From NCBI GenBank assembly GCA_040905205.1, contig JBBDSB010000695.1:372-64371 (forward strand): a stretch of 64,000 bases of DNA. Reading direction: 5' to 3'. The notes under the pieces were generated by a model. The model made no database searches. It was not told the origin of the DNA and saw only the letters and a list, made by a program, of their open reading frames with translations. Below, in pieces: positions 1-8,561 of this stretch. The first letter of the stretch is position 1; each line of letters starts with the position of its first letter. Position numbers and translations under genes: made by a program. This DNA comes from Cyclobacteriaceae bacterium (GTDB taxonomy: Bacteria; Bacteroidota; Bacteroidia; Cytophagales; Cyclobacteriaceae).

Positions 1-113
1 TCCAGCATGATCGCATTATTGTACCTGTCCCTGATCTGCAGGTAAATACTTACTGGGGTAATGGTGTCTGCCAGAAGCTTTTTGTACCTGGTTTTGATTT
101 TAATTTTCTCCAT
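1..113 (-). CDS. trpE: anthranilate synthase component I, first 38 codons (CDS runs off the left edge)
   Basis: Minus-strand translation from the ATG at 113 gives MEKIKIKTRYKKLLADTITPVSIYLQIRDRYNNAIMLE. This carries the D-T-x-T-P-[VI]-x-x-Y-L ... LLE N-terminal signature of TrpE/PabB-type chorismate enzymes. The Trp-codon leader and terminator directly upstream favour trpE. Confidence 0.6.
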   Translation of the reverse strand, partial: MEKIKIKTRYKKLLADTITPVSIYLQIRDRYNNAIML

Positions 114-130
114 AATCTGGGTTTAAATAT

Positions 131-165
131 TAAAAAAAGGCTTGCCGGGAGTCCAGCAAGCCTTC
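131..165 (-). terminator. intrinsic terminator (attenuator) between the trp leader ORF and trpE
   Basis: Minus-strand RNA reads AAGGCUUGCUGG-ACUC-CCGGCAAGCCUU followed by a U run. The stem is about 12 bp with one G-U pair. It lies 18 nt upstream of the trpE ATG. Confidence 0.75.
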
Positions 166-209
166 AATATTGGTTGTTCAAATTTTGGCAATGGAAAGCT
201 GTCCTCCCT

Positions 210-257
210 CTAAAAGAAGTAAGAAAACCACCACCAGATTTGATTCTTGTTTTTCAT
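210..257 (-). CDS. trpL: trp operon leader peptide, 15 aa (MKNKNQIWWWFSYFF)
   Basis: Hand translation: atg aaa aac aag aat caa atc tgg tgg tgg ttt tct tac ttc ttt tag. It has three consecutive Trp codons and sits between a -7 box and the terminator in front of trpE. It is too short for the ORF track. Confidence 0.7.
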   Translation of the reverse strand: MKNKNQIWWWFSYFF

Positions 258-266
258 AATTTGAAG

Positions 267-274
267 CAAATATA
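267..274 (-). promoter_or_regulatory. Bacteroidota -7 box TAtaTTTG for the trp leader transcript
   Basis: Minus strand reads TTG-(18 nt)-TATATTTG-cttcaaatt-ATG. This matches the published TTG / TAnnTTTG Bacteroidetes promoter consensus. Confidence 0.45.
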
Positions 275-345
275 GAAAAGGGCCACCATTATCAAAAATA
301 AAATCCATTTAATTTGAACAATTGGTTTAAACGTAAAATGAATTA

Positions 346-663
346 TCAGGGATTGGGATTGTTATTGGATTCATTCTCGTTCATCATCCTTTGTTGGGGC
401 CAAACAGGAGTCAATTCTTTCTCTTCCAGATAGGTAAGTTCCCCATTTTCAAAAGTGACCAAGATATAAAACCGCTCGTCTTTGGTTATCCGGTAAACCT
501 TTTTGGTATCATCCAATTGACTGATTTCGGCATCCCTGTTTTGCCTCAAAAACTTACCTTCTGACATGCCCATTTGATAGGGATTTGCGGGATGGAATAA
601 GGCACAGGATCCAACCACAAAAATCAAACTCAACACGATCAAAATTTGCTTTATATAATTCAT
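346..663 (-). CDS. small lipoprotein, unknown function
   Basis: 105-aa ORF. The N-terminus MNYIKQILIVLSLIFVVGSC looks like a lipoprotein signal peptide with a lipobox Cys. Confidence 0.5.
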   Translation of the reverse strand: MNYIKQILIVLSLIFVVGSCALFHPANPYQMGMSEGKFLRQNRDAEISQLDDTKKVYRITKDERFYILVTFENGELTYLEEKELTPVWPQQRMMNENESNNNPNP

Positions 664-840
664 ACAATAAGGCGATTTAATATTTTTTTAGTTTTTTATG
701 TTGGATCGCTCCAAGGAAAAAAAGCTTCATCCAAAAAAATTAACAATAATGCTGCCAAACATTTTAGATGGATTGATAATTATTTATACAATTCATCAAG
801 TTTGGTGGGTGCAATGCTTTGTGGGGGAAAAGAAATTATC

Positions 841-848
841 TACCTTTG
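841..848 (+). promoter_or_regulatory. -7 box TAccTTTG for the SRP RNA gene
   Basis: TACCTTTG at 841-848 with a TTG about 20 nt upstream (818-820). The RNA helix starts about 5 nt downstream. Confidence 0.45.
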
Positions 849-849
849 T

Positions 850-937
850 ACCGAGCGGCACGACCAGCTCCTGCTGAATCCCCCAGGTCCGGAAGGAAGC
901 AAGGGTAGGCGGTTGTAGCGGTGCGATGCCGCTTATT
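850..937 (+). ncRNA. ffs: signal recognition particle RNA (small, 4.5S-type)
   Basis: Universally conserved domain IV sequence CAGGUCCGGAAGGAAGCA at 884-902, with a GGAA tetraloop. The closing helix pairs AGCGGCA (854-860) with UGCCGCU (927-933) and is followed by a T run. Ends are approximate. Confidence 0.75.
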
Positions 938-1026
938 TTTTTCCCCTTGGCACAAGCATTTCCCGTTCTTTAGCATTTCAATAAAATTGCCTTAAATTTA
1001 CCGAAAATACATCAAACCATTTAATT

Positions 1027-1686
1027 ATGAAATTCTTTATCGATACCGCCAATCTAAATGAAATTACCGAAGCCTATGAACTGGGTGTTTTGGATGGGGT
1101 AACCACCAACCCCTCTCTAATGGCAAAAGAAGGCATTAGTGGCCATGAAAAAGTCAGAAACCATTATAAAGCCATCTGTGATATTGTGGATGACAAAGTC
1201 AGTGCTGAAGTAATAGCCACTGATTTTGATGGCATTATTAAAGAGGGGAAAGAATTGGCGAAAATTGATGATAAAATTGTGGTGAAGGTACCCATGATCA
1301 AAGAAGGTATCAAGGCCATTAAATATTTTCACAGTGAAGGAATAAGGACGAATTGTACCCTGGTATTTTCAGCCGGGCAGGCCATTTTGGCTGCCAAAGC
1401 AGGTGCCAGCTATCTTTCTCCTTTTATCGGCCGGCTGGATGACATTTCCATTGACGGACTTGAACTAATTGGTCAAATCGTACATATTTACCAAAATTAT
1501 GGATTTGAAACTCAGGTGTTGGCGGCATCTATACGTCATTCCATGCACCTGATCAAATGTGCCGAATTAGGGGCCGATGTGGTAACCTGTCCACTGAAAG
1601 TGATTACAGGCCTGCTAAACCATCCTCTTACCGACAAAGGTCTGGCCCAATTTTTGGCTGACCATGCCAAAGCCAATAAAGCCTAA
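1027..1686 (+). CDS. fsa: fructose-6-phosphate aldolase / type 3B transaldolase
   Basis: 219 aa. MKFFIDTANLNEI...GVTTNPSL...KVP...TNCTLVFS...SPFIGRLDD is the short transaldolase/FSA family signature. Confidence 0.85.
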   Translation: MKFFIDTANLNEITEAYELGVLDGVTTNPSLMAKEGISGHEKVRNHYKAICDIVDDKVSAEVIATDFDGIIKEGKELAKIDDKIVVKVPMIKEGIKAIKYFHSEGIRTNCTLVFSAGQAILAAKAGASYLSPFIGRLDDISIDGLELIGQIVHIYQNYGFETQVLAASIRHSMHLIKCAELGADVVTCPLKVITGLLNHPLTDKGLAQFLADHAKANKA

Positions 1687-1784
1687 GGGTTTGCAATAAA
1701 GGGGTGATAAAATGGTATACCCCACTTTCATTGCTTTATAAACGTATATTGTTGAAAATTTCTGGTAGCAACCCCGGTGTAATT

Positions 1785-1988
1785 ATGTACATCATCAAAG
1801 TAAAAGGAAAAGCAAAAATACCTGATTATATTCAGATCCGGGATGAGAATTTTGTTTTGGTAGCTTATTTCAGAGCTGACCGGCCACTTAAAAACATTGA
1901 AAAATTCGGGCTGGAAGGAAAGGAAACGGAACTTGAACAACTGATCCGGGAATTACCCTTTGGTAAGTTAAAAAAACTGAATCTCTGA
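1785..1988 (+). CDS. hypothetical small protein (start uncertain)
   Basis: Tracked ORF 1704-1988. The internal ATG at 1785 (MYIIKVKGK...) seems the more plausible start. It ends 1 nt before ftsE. No family recognised. Confidence 0.3.
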   Translation: MYIIKVKGKAKIPDYIQIRDENFVLVAYFRADRPLKNIEKFGLEGKETELEQLIRELPFGKLKKLNL

Positions 1989-1989
1989 T

Positions 1990-2703
1990 ATGTTGTTTTC
2001 TTCGGAACCGGTTGTCAAAGTTACCAGGGCCTGTATTTTTCAGGGCATTAATACCATTCTTAAAGATGTTACTTTCAGTATAGAAAAGGATGAATTTGTG
2101 TTTTTGATCGGAAGAACCGGCAGTGGCAAGAGTTCTTTATTGAAGACCTTATATGCTGACCTTCCCCTGATCATGGGAGAGGCTATGGTGGCGGGTTATC
2201 CCATCCATGATATCAAAAAGAAAAACGTCCCCTTCCTGCGCCGAAAATTGGGCATCGTATTCCAGGACTTTCAATTGTTCCCTGACAGAACTGTTGCCGA
2301 AAATCTTTATTTTGTATTAAAGGCAACAGGATGGAAGGATAAAACAAAAATGAAAAGCCGCATGATCGAGGTATTGATGGGTGTAGGTTTAGGGGGAGCT
2401 GCCACCAAAATGCCACACCAGCTTTCCGGAGGGGAGCAGCAAAGGGTAGTAATTGCCAGAGCCCTTTTAAATGAACCGGCGATCCTTCTTGCCGATGAAC
2501 CTACCGGTAACCTGGACCCGGAAGTGGCTGATGGGATTTTTAAATTATTTCAGGAAATCAACAAAAAGGGTACTGCCATACTAATGGCTACCCATAATTA
2601 CGAACTGCTGAAAAAATACCCTTATCGGGTATTGAAATGTGAAAACGGCATATTGCTGGACAGCAAGACCAGTGATATTTCCTTAAGCTCCATCAACGGG
2701 TAA
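1990..2703 (+). CDS. ftsE: cell-division ABC ATPase FtsE
   Basis: 237 aa with Walker A GRTGSGKSS, ABC signature LSGGEQQRV and Walker B LLADEPTGNLD. Overall layout is FtsE-like. No ftsX lies next to it. Confidence 0.75.
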   Translation: MLFSSEPVVKVTRACIFQGINTILKDVTFSIEKDEFVFLIGRTGSGKSSLLKTLYADLPLIMGEAMVAGYPIHDIKKKNVPFLRRKLGIVFQDFQLFPDRTVAENLYFVLKATGWKDKTKMKSRMIEVLMGVGLGGAATKMPHQLSGGEQQRVVIARALLNEPAILLADEPTGNLDPEVADGIFKLFQEINKKGTAILMATHNYELLKKYPYRVLKCENGILLDSKTSDISLSSING

Positions 2704-2738
2704 AGAAAAATACATTTTTTAAAATTAATTTTTCAAAA

Positions 2739-3842
2739 ATGAATGCTAAAAGCACCTCTCCTGAGAATTTTTATTTCTTAGACCTTCTTAAATCCATTGC
2801 CATTTATTTCGTGATCATTTACCATTTTAGTTACATGGAAATTGATTTTATTCAGCATGAAAATTTTTTCGTCTATCTTAATTATTTTCTTACCACCATT
2901 TTTAGCACCTGTGTGCCAATTTTCTTCTTTATCAACGGTGCCTTACTTTTCAATAAATCAAGCCTGGTTTTAAAAAGGCACTTTTTCAAAATATTACAAA
3001 TTGGTGCGCTTATTTTCGCTTGGGGGATCATTACCCAATTGGCACTATTGCCGATCCGGAATGAGACCATGTCCATTTCAGAGATGATAAAAAACATATG
3101 GAAATTAAAGGAAGGATGGGTAAATCACCTGTGGTTTTTAAAAGCGGTAGTGGTCATCTACATCTTTTTTCCAATTCTTTATACGTCCTATAAAGAAAAA
3201 AGGGGGCATCTGTGGTTTTTCTTCGCCTTTGTCCTGTTGCTAACCTTCGGAAACACATTTTATTCCAATTTAAGGTCGGTTCTTGCTTTCTTTTTAGATA
3301 AAAATACACATTTGATACCAAAAAATCATTTTGGGAATTTCAATCCTTTCTATGGATTTTATGGGTATTCCATTGGCTACTTTATTTTGGGTGGAATTAT
3401 TTTCGCCAACCGCCATTTTTTGAATCATAGAAAAATCCGAATTTTTTCCTCCATCACCTTGGTTGTATCGATGGCATGTTTATTCCTCTATGGCATAATT
3501 GCCTCATTGAGCCAGAATAAAATTTGGGATGTTGTATGGTATGGATATGACAGCATTTTTACAGCGGTTAATGTGATTTGTATTTTTATTTTATCCTTAT
3601 CTTACGAACATCAAGGGGGCCAGATCGGAAAGGCAATTGCTTTAACAGGCAGGAATTCTTTAGGGATTTATTTGACCCATTTTATCGTTGGAAATTTTCT
3701 TGATCCTTATTATTTAATGTTCAATTCATCTCCTTCTTTTTTGTCGAATATGGTTTATGCTTTCGCTATTTTGTTTTTATCCCTTGGGGTGGTTGTCTCC
3801 TTAAAACAATTGCCCATCGTCAAATACTTATTTAAACTTTAG
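2739..3842 (+). CDS. acyltransferase family 3 integral membrane protein
   Basis: 367 aa, about 10 TM segments. The N-terminal pattern LDLLKSIAIYFVIIYH is typical of acyltransferase_3 (OafA/NolL-like) proteins. Confidence 0.6.
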   Translation: MNAKSTSPENFYFLDLLKSIAIYFVIIYHFSYMEIDFIQHENFFVYLNYFLTTIFSTCVPIFFFINGALLFNKSSLVLKRHFFKILQIGALIFAWGIITQLALLPIRNETMSISEMIKNIWKLKEGWVNHLWFLKAVVVIYIFFPILYTSYKEKRGHLWFFFAFVLLLTFGNTFYSNLRSVLAFFLDKNTHLIPKNHFGNFNPFYGFYGYSIGYFILGGIIFANRHFLNHRKIRIFSSITLVVSMACLFLYGIIASLSQNKIWDVVWYGYDSIFTAVNVICIFILSLSYEHQGGQIGKAIALTGRNSLGIYLTHFIVGNFLDPYYLMFNSSPSFLSNMVYAFAILFLSLGVVVSLKQLPIVKYLFKL

Positions 3843-3991
3843 GTCATAAGGGTTAAATGATGGAGGACTCGTCTTATAAAGTTCTTTTGATGGCTGCCCA
3901 TGATGTCCATTAAAGAAAAAAACCAGAGCAGTAATGCCCTGGTTGGAAATCAAATGTTGATATTTTAATTTATAACCTGCCTGGTTGAATC

Positions 3992-4702
3992 CTATAGCGA
4001 AGCCAGATTTTCCTTCGCCAATTCAAAGTCAGGACTTTGGGCCAGGGCTTCTTCAAAGGCCGCCTTTGCTTCTGTATTACTTCCCTGGTCTTTGTAGATT
4101 AATCCTTTCAGATTTTGGGCGGCAGCCACCATACTTACTTCCTGCATGGTATCATCTTCTTTCGGGAAGTTGAGCTTTTGCTCAGCTGCTTTTTTTTCTT
4201 TGATCAGCATATTAACTGAATTCAGCGCCTCTTCATATTTCTTGAGAGAATATTGAAGGTAACTGGCTTTGTAAAGGCTGAACAGGTCTCCTGACAAAAG
4301 ATGCAGGGATTCAAAATGAGGCAATGCCCTTTCCAAGGCGCCCAACTGTTCCAATGAAAAAGCCGCAATTTCCAAAGCGGGAATGCTTTTGGAATTCATT
4401 TCAAGAATATCAAGCGCCACCAGGGCTGATGAGCTGTACTGTTCCATTTCAAAATACAGGGAAGCCAATGTCTCAGGGTATTTCAGGTTTTTCGGATTCC
4501 TTTCCATCAACTCATACAATTTCGCTTTGGCAACTGCCACATCATTGTACCGCATGGCCATGGCATAAATTCTATTGTCACTGTTATCCCTCGTTTTGTT
4601 ACTGTCTTGTGGCACCTCTACTTTTGTACTATCCTGAGCATAAGCTACTTTCATTAAGCAGAAACATAGTAAAATCAATACCGGGTATTTCATTTTTATC
4701 AT
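3992..4702 (-). CDS. TPR-repeat secreted protein
   Basis: 236 aa with signal peptide MKYPVLILLCFCLMKVAYAQ and TPR-like A/L/Y-rich repeats. Its ATG overlaps the cca stop (ATGA). An alternative start lies at 4693. Confidence 0.6.
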   Translation of the reverse strand: MIKMKYPVLILLCFCLMKVAYAQDSTKVEVPQDSNKTRDNSDNRIYAMAMRYNDVAVAKAKLYELMERNPKNLKYPETLASLYFEMEQYSSSALVALDILEMNSKSIPALEIAAFSLEQLGALERALPHFESLHLLSGDLFSLYKASYLQYSLKKYEEALNSVNMLIKEKKAAEQKLNFPKEDDTMQEVSMVAAAQNLKGLIYKDQGSNTEAKAAFEEALAQSPDFELAKENLASL

Positions 4703-6126
4703 GGATTATTTATTTTTTTTTCTATTCCTTTTTTCGCCGCCAATTTATACATTAACTGCATGGCTTCATTTTTATTGTTCTGAATCTGACCATCCAAAAT
4801 GGCTTCTTTGATTTCTTCTTTTAGATCTCCAACTATCCTGGACGGTTTAAGCCCAAATATAGCCATGATTTCATCACCTGTTACAGGAGGTTGAAAATTT
4901 CTTAACTGGTCCATCTCCTCCACCTCCTCCAGCTTTCTTTCTACTTTATCGAAATTGGCCAAAAAACGTTTTACTTTATTATCATTTTTTGAAGTAACAT
5001 CCGCTCTGCAGAGTTGCATCAAATCCTCAATATCATCACCCGCCTCGAACAGCAACCTCCTTAAAGCAGCATCCGTTACCGTATCCTTAACCAAGGCGAT
5101 GGGCCTTAGGTGCAATTTTACCAATTTCTGCACATATTTCATCCGCTCATCCATGGGCAATTTCAATCTTCTGAAAATCCCGGGAATCATCCTGGCACCT
5201 TTGTCTTCATGTCCATGAAAAGTCCAACCCACTTTTTGGTTAAACCTTTTGGTGGCCGGTTTGGCTATATCATGCATGATGGCCGCCCATCGCAACCACA
5301 AATCATCTGACCTGGAGGATACATTATCCAACACCTGAAGGGTATGATAAAAGTTATCTTTATGCGTTTTATCTCCCACTGAATCCACCCCCTGCAATTC
5401 TACCATTTCAGGAAAAAACTCAATCAACAGGCCACTTACATACAAAAGCTTAAAGCCATAGGAAGGTTTTTCAGTCAGAATAATTTTATTCAGTTCGTCA
5501 ATTATCCTTTCCCCGGAAATAATGGAAAGCCGATGGGCATTGTTCATGATTCCATCAAAAGTGCTCGGTTCAATGTCAAAACCCAGCTGAGCGGCAAACC
5601 TAATAGCCCTCATCATTCTTAACGGATCATCTGAAAAGGTAATGTCCGGATCTGCAGGGGTCCGGATAATTTTCCTTTTAAGGTCCTTAATCCCTCCGAA
5701 TGGGTCAGACAATTCGCCAAAATGGTCTTTATTCACACTTATTCCCAAGCTGTTAATGGTAAAATCCCTCCGTTCCTGGTCTTCCTGCATGGTACCTGCT
5801 TCCACCTTTGGTTTTCGGGAATCCAATTGGTAGGATTCCTTTCTGGCACCCACAAATTCCAACTCCCAATCATCAACCTTAACCATGGCCGTACCAAAAT
5901 TCTTAAAAACAGAAACCGGAGGCCTAGGGGAAAAGGCACCCGATACTTCTTTGGCCAGGGCAATCCCATTGCCGATGCATACGAAGTCAATGTCCTTGCT
6001 GGGCCTACCCAAAATAATGTCTCGCACATACCCTCCCACTACATAGGTTTCCAATCCCAACCGATCTGCTGCTTCACCGACGGTTTTAAACAGGGCTACC
6101 TGATCCAATACTTCTTTAAAATTCAT
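4699..6126 (-). CDS. cca: CCA-adding tRNA nucleotidyltransferase / poly(A) polymerase family with HD domain
   Basis: GGYVRDIILGRPSKDIDF nucleotidyltransferase motif, RRDFTINS, and an HD region (HDIAKP...HGHEDKG). The start is set at MNFKEVL (6126), which overlaps the upstream ORF stop as ATGA. Confidence 0.85.
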   Translation of the reverse strand: MNFKEVLDQVALFKTVGEAADRLGLETYVVGGYVRDIILGRPSKDIDFVCIGNGIALAKEVSGAFSPRPPVSVFKNFGTAMVKVDDWELEFVGARKESYQLDSRKPKVEAGTMQEDQERRDFTINSLGISVNKDHFGELSDPFGGIKDLKRKIIRTPADPDITFSDDPLRMMRAIRFAAQLGFDIEPSTFDGIMNNAHRLSIISGERIIDELNKIILTEKPSYGFKLLYVSGLLIEFFPEMVELQGVDSVGDKTHKDNFYHTLQVLDNVSSRSDDLWLRWAAIMHDIAKPATKRFNQKVGWTFHGHEDKGARMIPGIFRRLKLPMDERMKYVQKLVKLHLRPIALVKDTVTDAALRRLLFEAGDDIEDLMQLCRADVTSKNDNKVKRFLANFDKVERKLEEVEEMDQLRNFQPPVTGDEIMAIFGLKPSRIVGDLKEEIKEAILDGQIQNNKNEAMQLMYKLAAKKGIEKKINNP

Positions 6127-6587
6127 CCCTTTAAAATTTTCACTCCTCCTTGGGCATTCAATTGAATTTCTTTTATTTTTCCCTCTAAAAGAGGAAATAC
6201 TTCCTGCGTCTCTACCTGCCATGAAGAGGATATCATGGGCCGAAAAAACACCACTTCCCCAAGCCGAAATAATAGTTTGTTCCAATAGGGGTGTTTTATC
6301 AAAGCAAATTTAATGAATTCATTTGATTTAGGGGCATCAAATAACCTTCCCATTTTAGGGCTGTGGAAAATCAATTTATCAGGCGAAAATTCGACAATGT
6401 CCAGGGCAACCTCAGAAAAATCACCTACAATCCCTTTAAGCTGAAACATTTCATGGATTAACAGAATATCCTCTTCCCCAGGAGGACAGTTTTGAAATTT
6501 TTGGATCTGAAAAACATGGCCCTTACCATCTCGAATGGTCAATTTTCCCTCTTTTCGGAATGTTTCTATTATGATTTTAAAATCCAA
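6123..6587 (-). CDS. hypothetical protein, translationally coupled to cca
   Basis: 154-aa ORF whose stop overlaps the cca ATG (ATGA). No family recognised. Confidence 0.45.
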   Translation of the reverse strand: MDFKIIIETFRKEGKLTIRDGKGHVFQIQKFQNCPPGEEDILLIHEMFQLKGIVGDFSEVALDIVEFSPDKLIFHSPKMGRLFDAPKSNEFIKFALIKHPYWNKLLFRLGEVVFFRPMISSSWQVETQEVFPLLEGKIKEIQLNAQGGVKILKG

Positions 6588-6599
6588 TTTGTTTTTTTA

Positions 6600-7457
6600 T
6601 TAATGAAAAATTTGTTGCGCCATTTTTAAGGCTTCATTTAATGCCGCTTCATCAATGCCGGTTTCGAAGCCCTTTGATTTTACGATCCTGACCAACTGCT
6701 CGGTAGGAATATTACCCACCAAATCATCATTTGCCATGGGACAGCCTCCAAAGCCCAGGATAGCCCCGTCAAACCTTCGACATCCAGCTTCAAGAGCTGC
6801 CAGGATTTTGTCTTCCTCTTCACCGCTCCTGCTGTGTAAATGAACGCCCCATTCGATGTCCGGAAAATGGGAAACTTGCTCGGCAACCACATCATGGATC
6901 AATTTTGGAGTGGCCGTTCCAATCGTATCTGATAGCGCAATAACGGATATCCCGGATGCCGAAAGCACCTCTACTGCCGATGTTACGGCCTTTATTGAAT
7001 AGTCCTCCCCATAAGGATTGCCAAAACCCATACTTAAATAAACCACCAGGACCCTACCCTTTTCTTTTCCGATTCGATGAATCTCTTTGACGGTATCCAT
7101 GGCTTCTTCTATGGTCTTATTGGTATTCCGCATCTGGAAAGTAGCTGAAAGGGATAATGGAAACCCCAAATAATAAACCTTATCAAATTGAATGGCCATC
7201 TCGGCTCCACGGGTATTGGCCACAATGGCCAAAAGTCGGGTATTGGTATTTCTTTTCTGTATTTGGTCCAAAACTTCAGTGGTATCCTTCATTTGTGGTA
7301 CCAACTTGTGGCTGACAAAGCTGCCAAAATCAAGCGTATGAAAACCCACGCTCAACAACCTGTTAAAATAAGCGGATTTAATTTCAGTAGGTATTATTTT
7401 TTCCAGCCCCTGCATAGCATCCCTGGGACATTCTATTATTTTTATTTTTTCCCCCAT
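6600..7457 (-). CDS. hydroxymethylglutaryl-CoA lyase-like (DRE-TIM metallolyase)
   Basis: IIECPRDAMQG ... HLHSRSG ... CPMA motifs are typical of HMGL-like lyases. The start is set at MGEKIKI (7457) to avoid overlapping metF. Confidence 0.75.
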   Translation of the reverse strand: MGEKIKIIECPRDAMQGLEKIIPTEIKSAYFNRLLSVGFHTLDFGSFVSHKLVPQMKDTTEVLDQIQKRNTNTRLLAIVANTRGAEMAIQFDKVYYLGFPLSLSATFQMRNTNKTIEEAMDTVKEIHRIGKEKGRVLVVYLSMGFGNPYGEDYSIKAVTSAVEVLSASGISVIALSDTIGTATPKLIHDVVAEQVSHFPDIEWGVHLHSRSGEEEDKILAALEAGCRRFDGAILGFGGCPMANDDLVGNIPTEQLVRIVKSKGFETGIDEAALNEALKMAQQIFH

Positions 7458-7479
7458 ACCTGTTAAATAAAGATCCTGT

Positions 7480-8433
7480 TCAAAACACCTCCCTGGCAAT
7501 CTTATACGTTGCATCTGCCCTGCTCATGGTATAATAATGTAGTGTGGGAACCCCAAATTTAATAAGCTCTCTGCTTTGGTGAATGGCCCATTCAATTCCT
7601 ACTTCTTTAACGGCTGCATTGTTTTTACAACTTTCGAGTTCTTTTTTCAATTCATAGGGAAAATTCAAATAAAAAATTTTTGGTAGTATTTCAATCTGGG
7701 AAAGTGTAGTGATGGGTTTTAGGCCTGGTATGATGGGTACTTGAATCCCTATTGCCCTCACCCTTTCGACAAAATCAAAGTATTTCCTGTTATCAAAAAA
7801 CATTTGGGTAACTATATAGGAAGCACCCGCATCCACTTTTGCCTTTAAGTGACCCAAATCGAAATTAAAGTCCGGTGCTTCAAAATGTTTTTCCGGATAA
7901 CCGGCCACTCCCACGCAAAAATCCGTCTGGAAACCAATTTCTGTTTCCTCGTTTAGGTACTTTCCCTGGTTCATCCCCACAATCTGATGTACCAACTCCG
8001 AAGCAAAGGAATGTCCGTATTTTTCTGGAACAAAATTCCCTTCAGACTTGGGTGCATCTCCTCTTAATGCCAGAATATTTTCCACACCGATAAAGTAAAG
8101 GTCAATCATGGCATTTTCGGTTTCATCCTTAGTGAATCCTCCACATAAAAGGTGTGGGACAGCATCCACCTTAAACCTGTTCATGATGGCGGCACAAATA
8201 CCCACCGTTCCCGGTCTTTTCCTGGTCTTGACCTTTTCCAAAAGGCCACTTGGATCTTTCCGGTAGATGTATTCTTCCCGGTGATAGGTCACATCTATGA
8301 AGGGAGGATTAAATTCCATGAGGGGAGTTATGCCTTCCAATAGGTTACTTAAGCTTTGCCCCTTAAGTGGGGGTAATATTTCAAACGAAAACAGGGTTTT
8401 TTTGGCCCTGTCAATATATTCCGTAATTTTCAT
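7480..8433 (-). CDS. metF: 5,10-methylenetetrahydrofolate reductase
   Basis: 317 aa. FSFEILPPLKG, LRGD, and full-length collinearity with MetF. Confidence 0.85.
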   Translation of the reverse strand: MKITEYIDRAKKTLFSFEILPPLKGQSLSNLLEGITPLMEFNPPFIDVTYHREEYIYRKDPSGLLEKVKTRKRPGTVGICAAIMNRFKVDAVPHLLCGGFTKDETENAMIDLYFIGVENILALRGDAPKSEGNFVPEKYGHSFASELVHQIVGMNQGKYLNEETEIGFQTDFCVGVAGYPEKHFEAPDFNFDLGHLKAKVDAGASYIVTQMFFDNRKYFDFVERVRAIGIQVPIIPGLKPITTLSQIEILPKIFYLNFPYELKKELESCKNNAAVKEVGIEWAIHQSRELIKFGVPTLHYYTMSRADATYKIAREVF

Positions 8434-8561
8434 TGCACTTTAATATGGCAGATGTTTAAATTCATTACGATAGCGGTATATCATATTTTGATGGATTGCA
8501 ACCTGATTCACCCATAGATCCTTTCCCTCTCAGGTAAAATCAGGAATTCAGATAGGAAGCA

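Noticed and set aside
646-918. 90-aa ORF on the plus strand
   Set aside because: It overlaps the SRP RNA gene and its promoter, has no protein-family features, and starts inside the divergent lipoprotein gene's 5' end. It is most likely spurious.
6127-6285. 53-codon N-terminal extension of cca given by the ORF track
   Set aside because: It overlaps the upstream ORF in another frame and has no similarity to the family N-terminus. The internal ATG at 6126 forms an ATGA coupling and starts at the conserved region.
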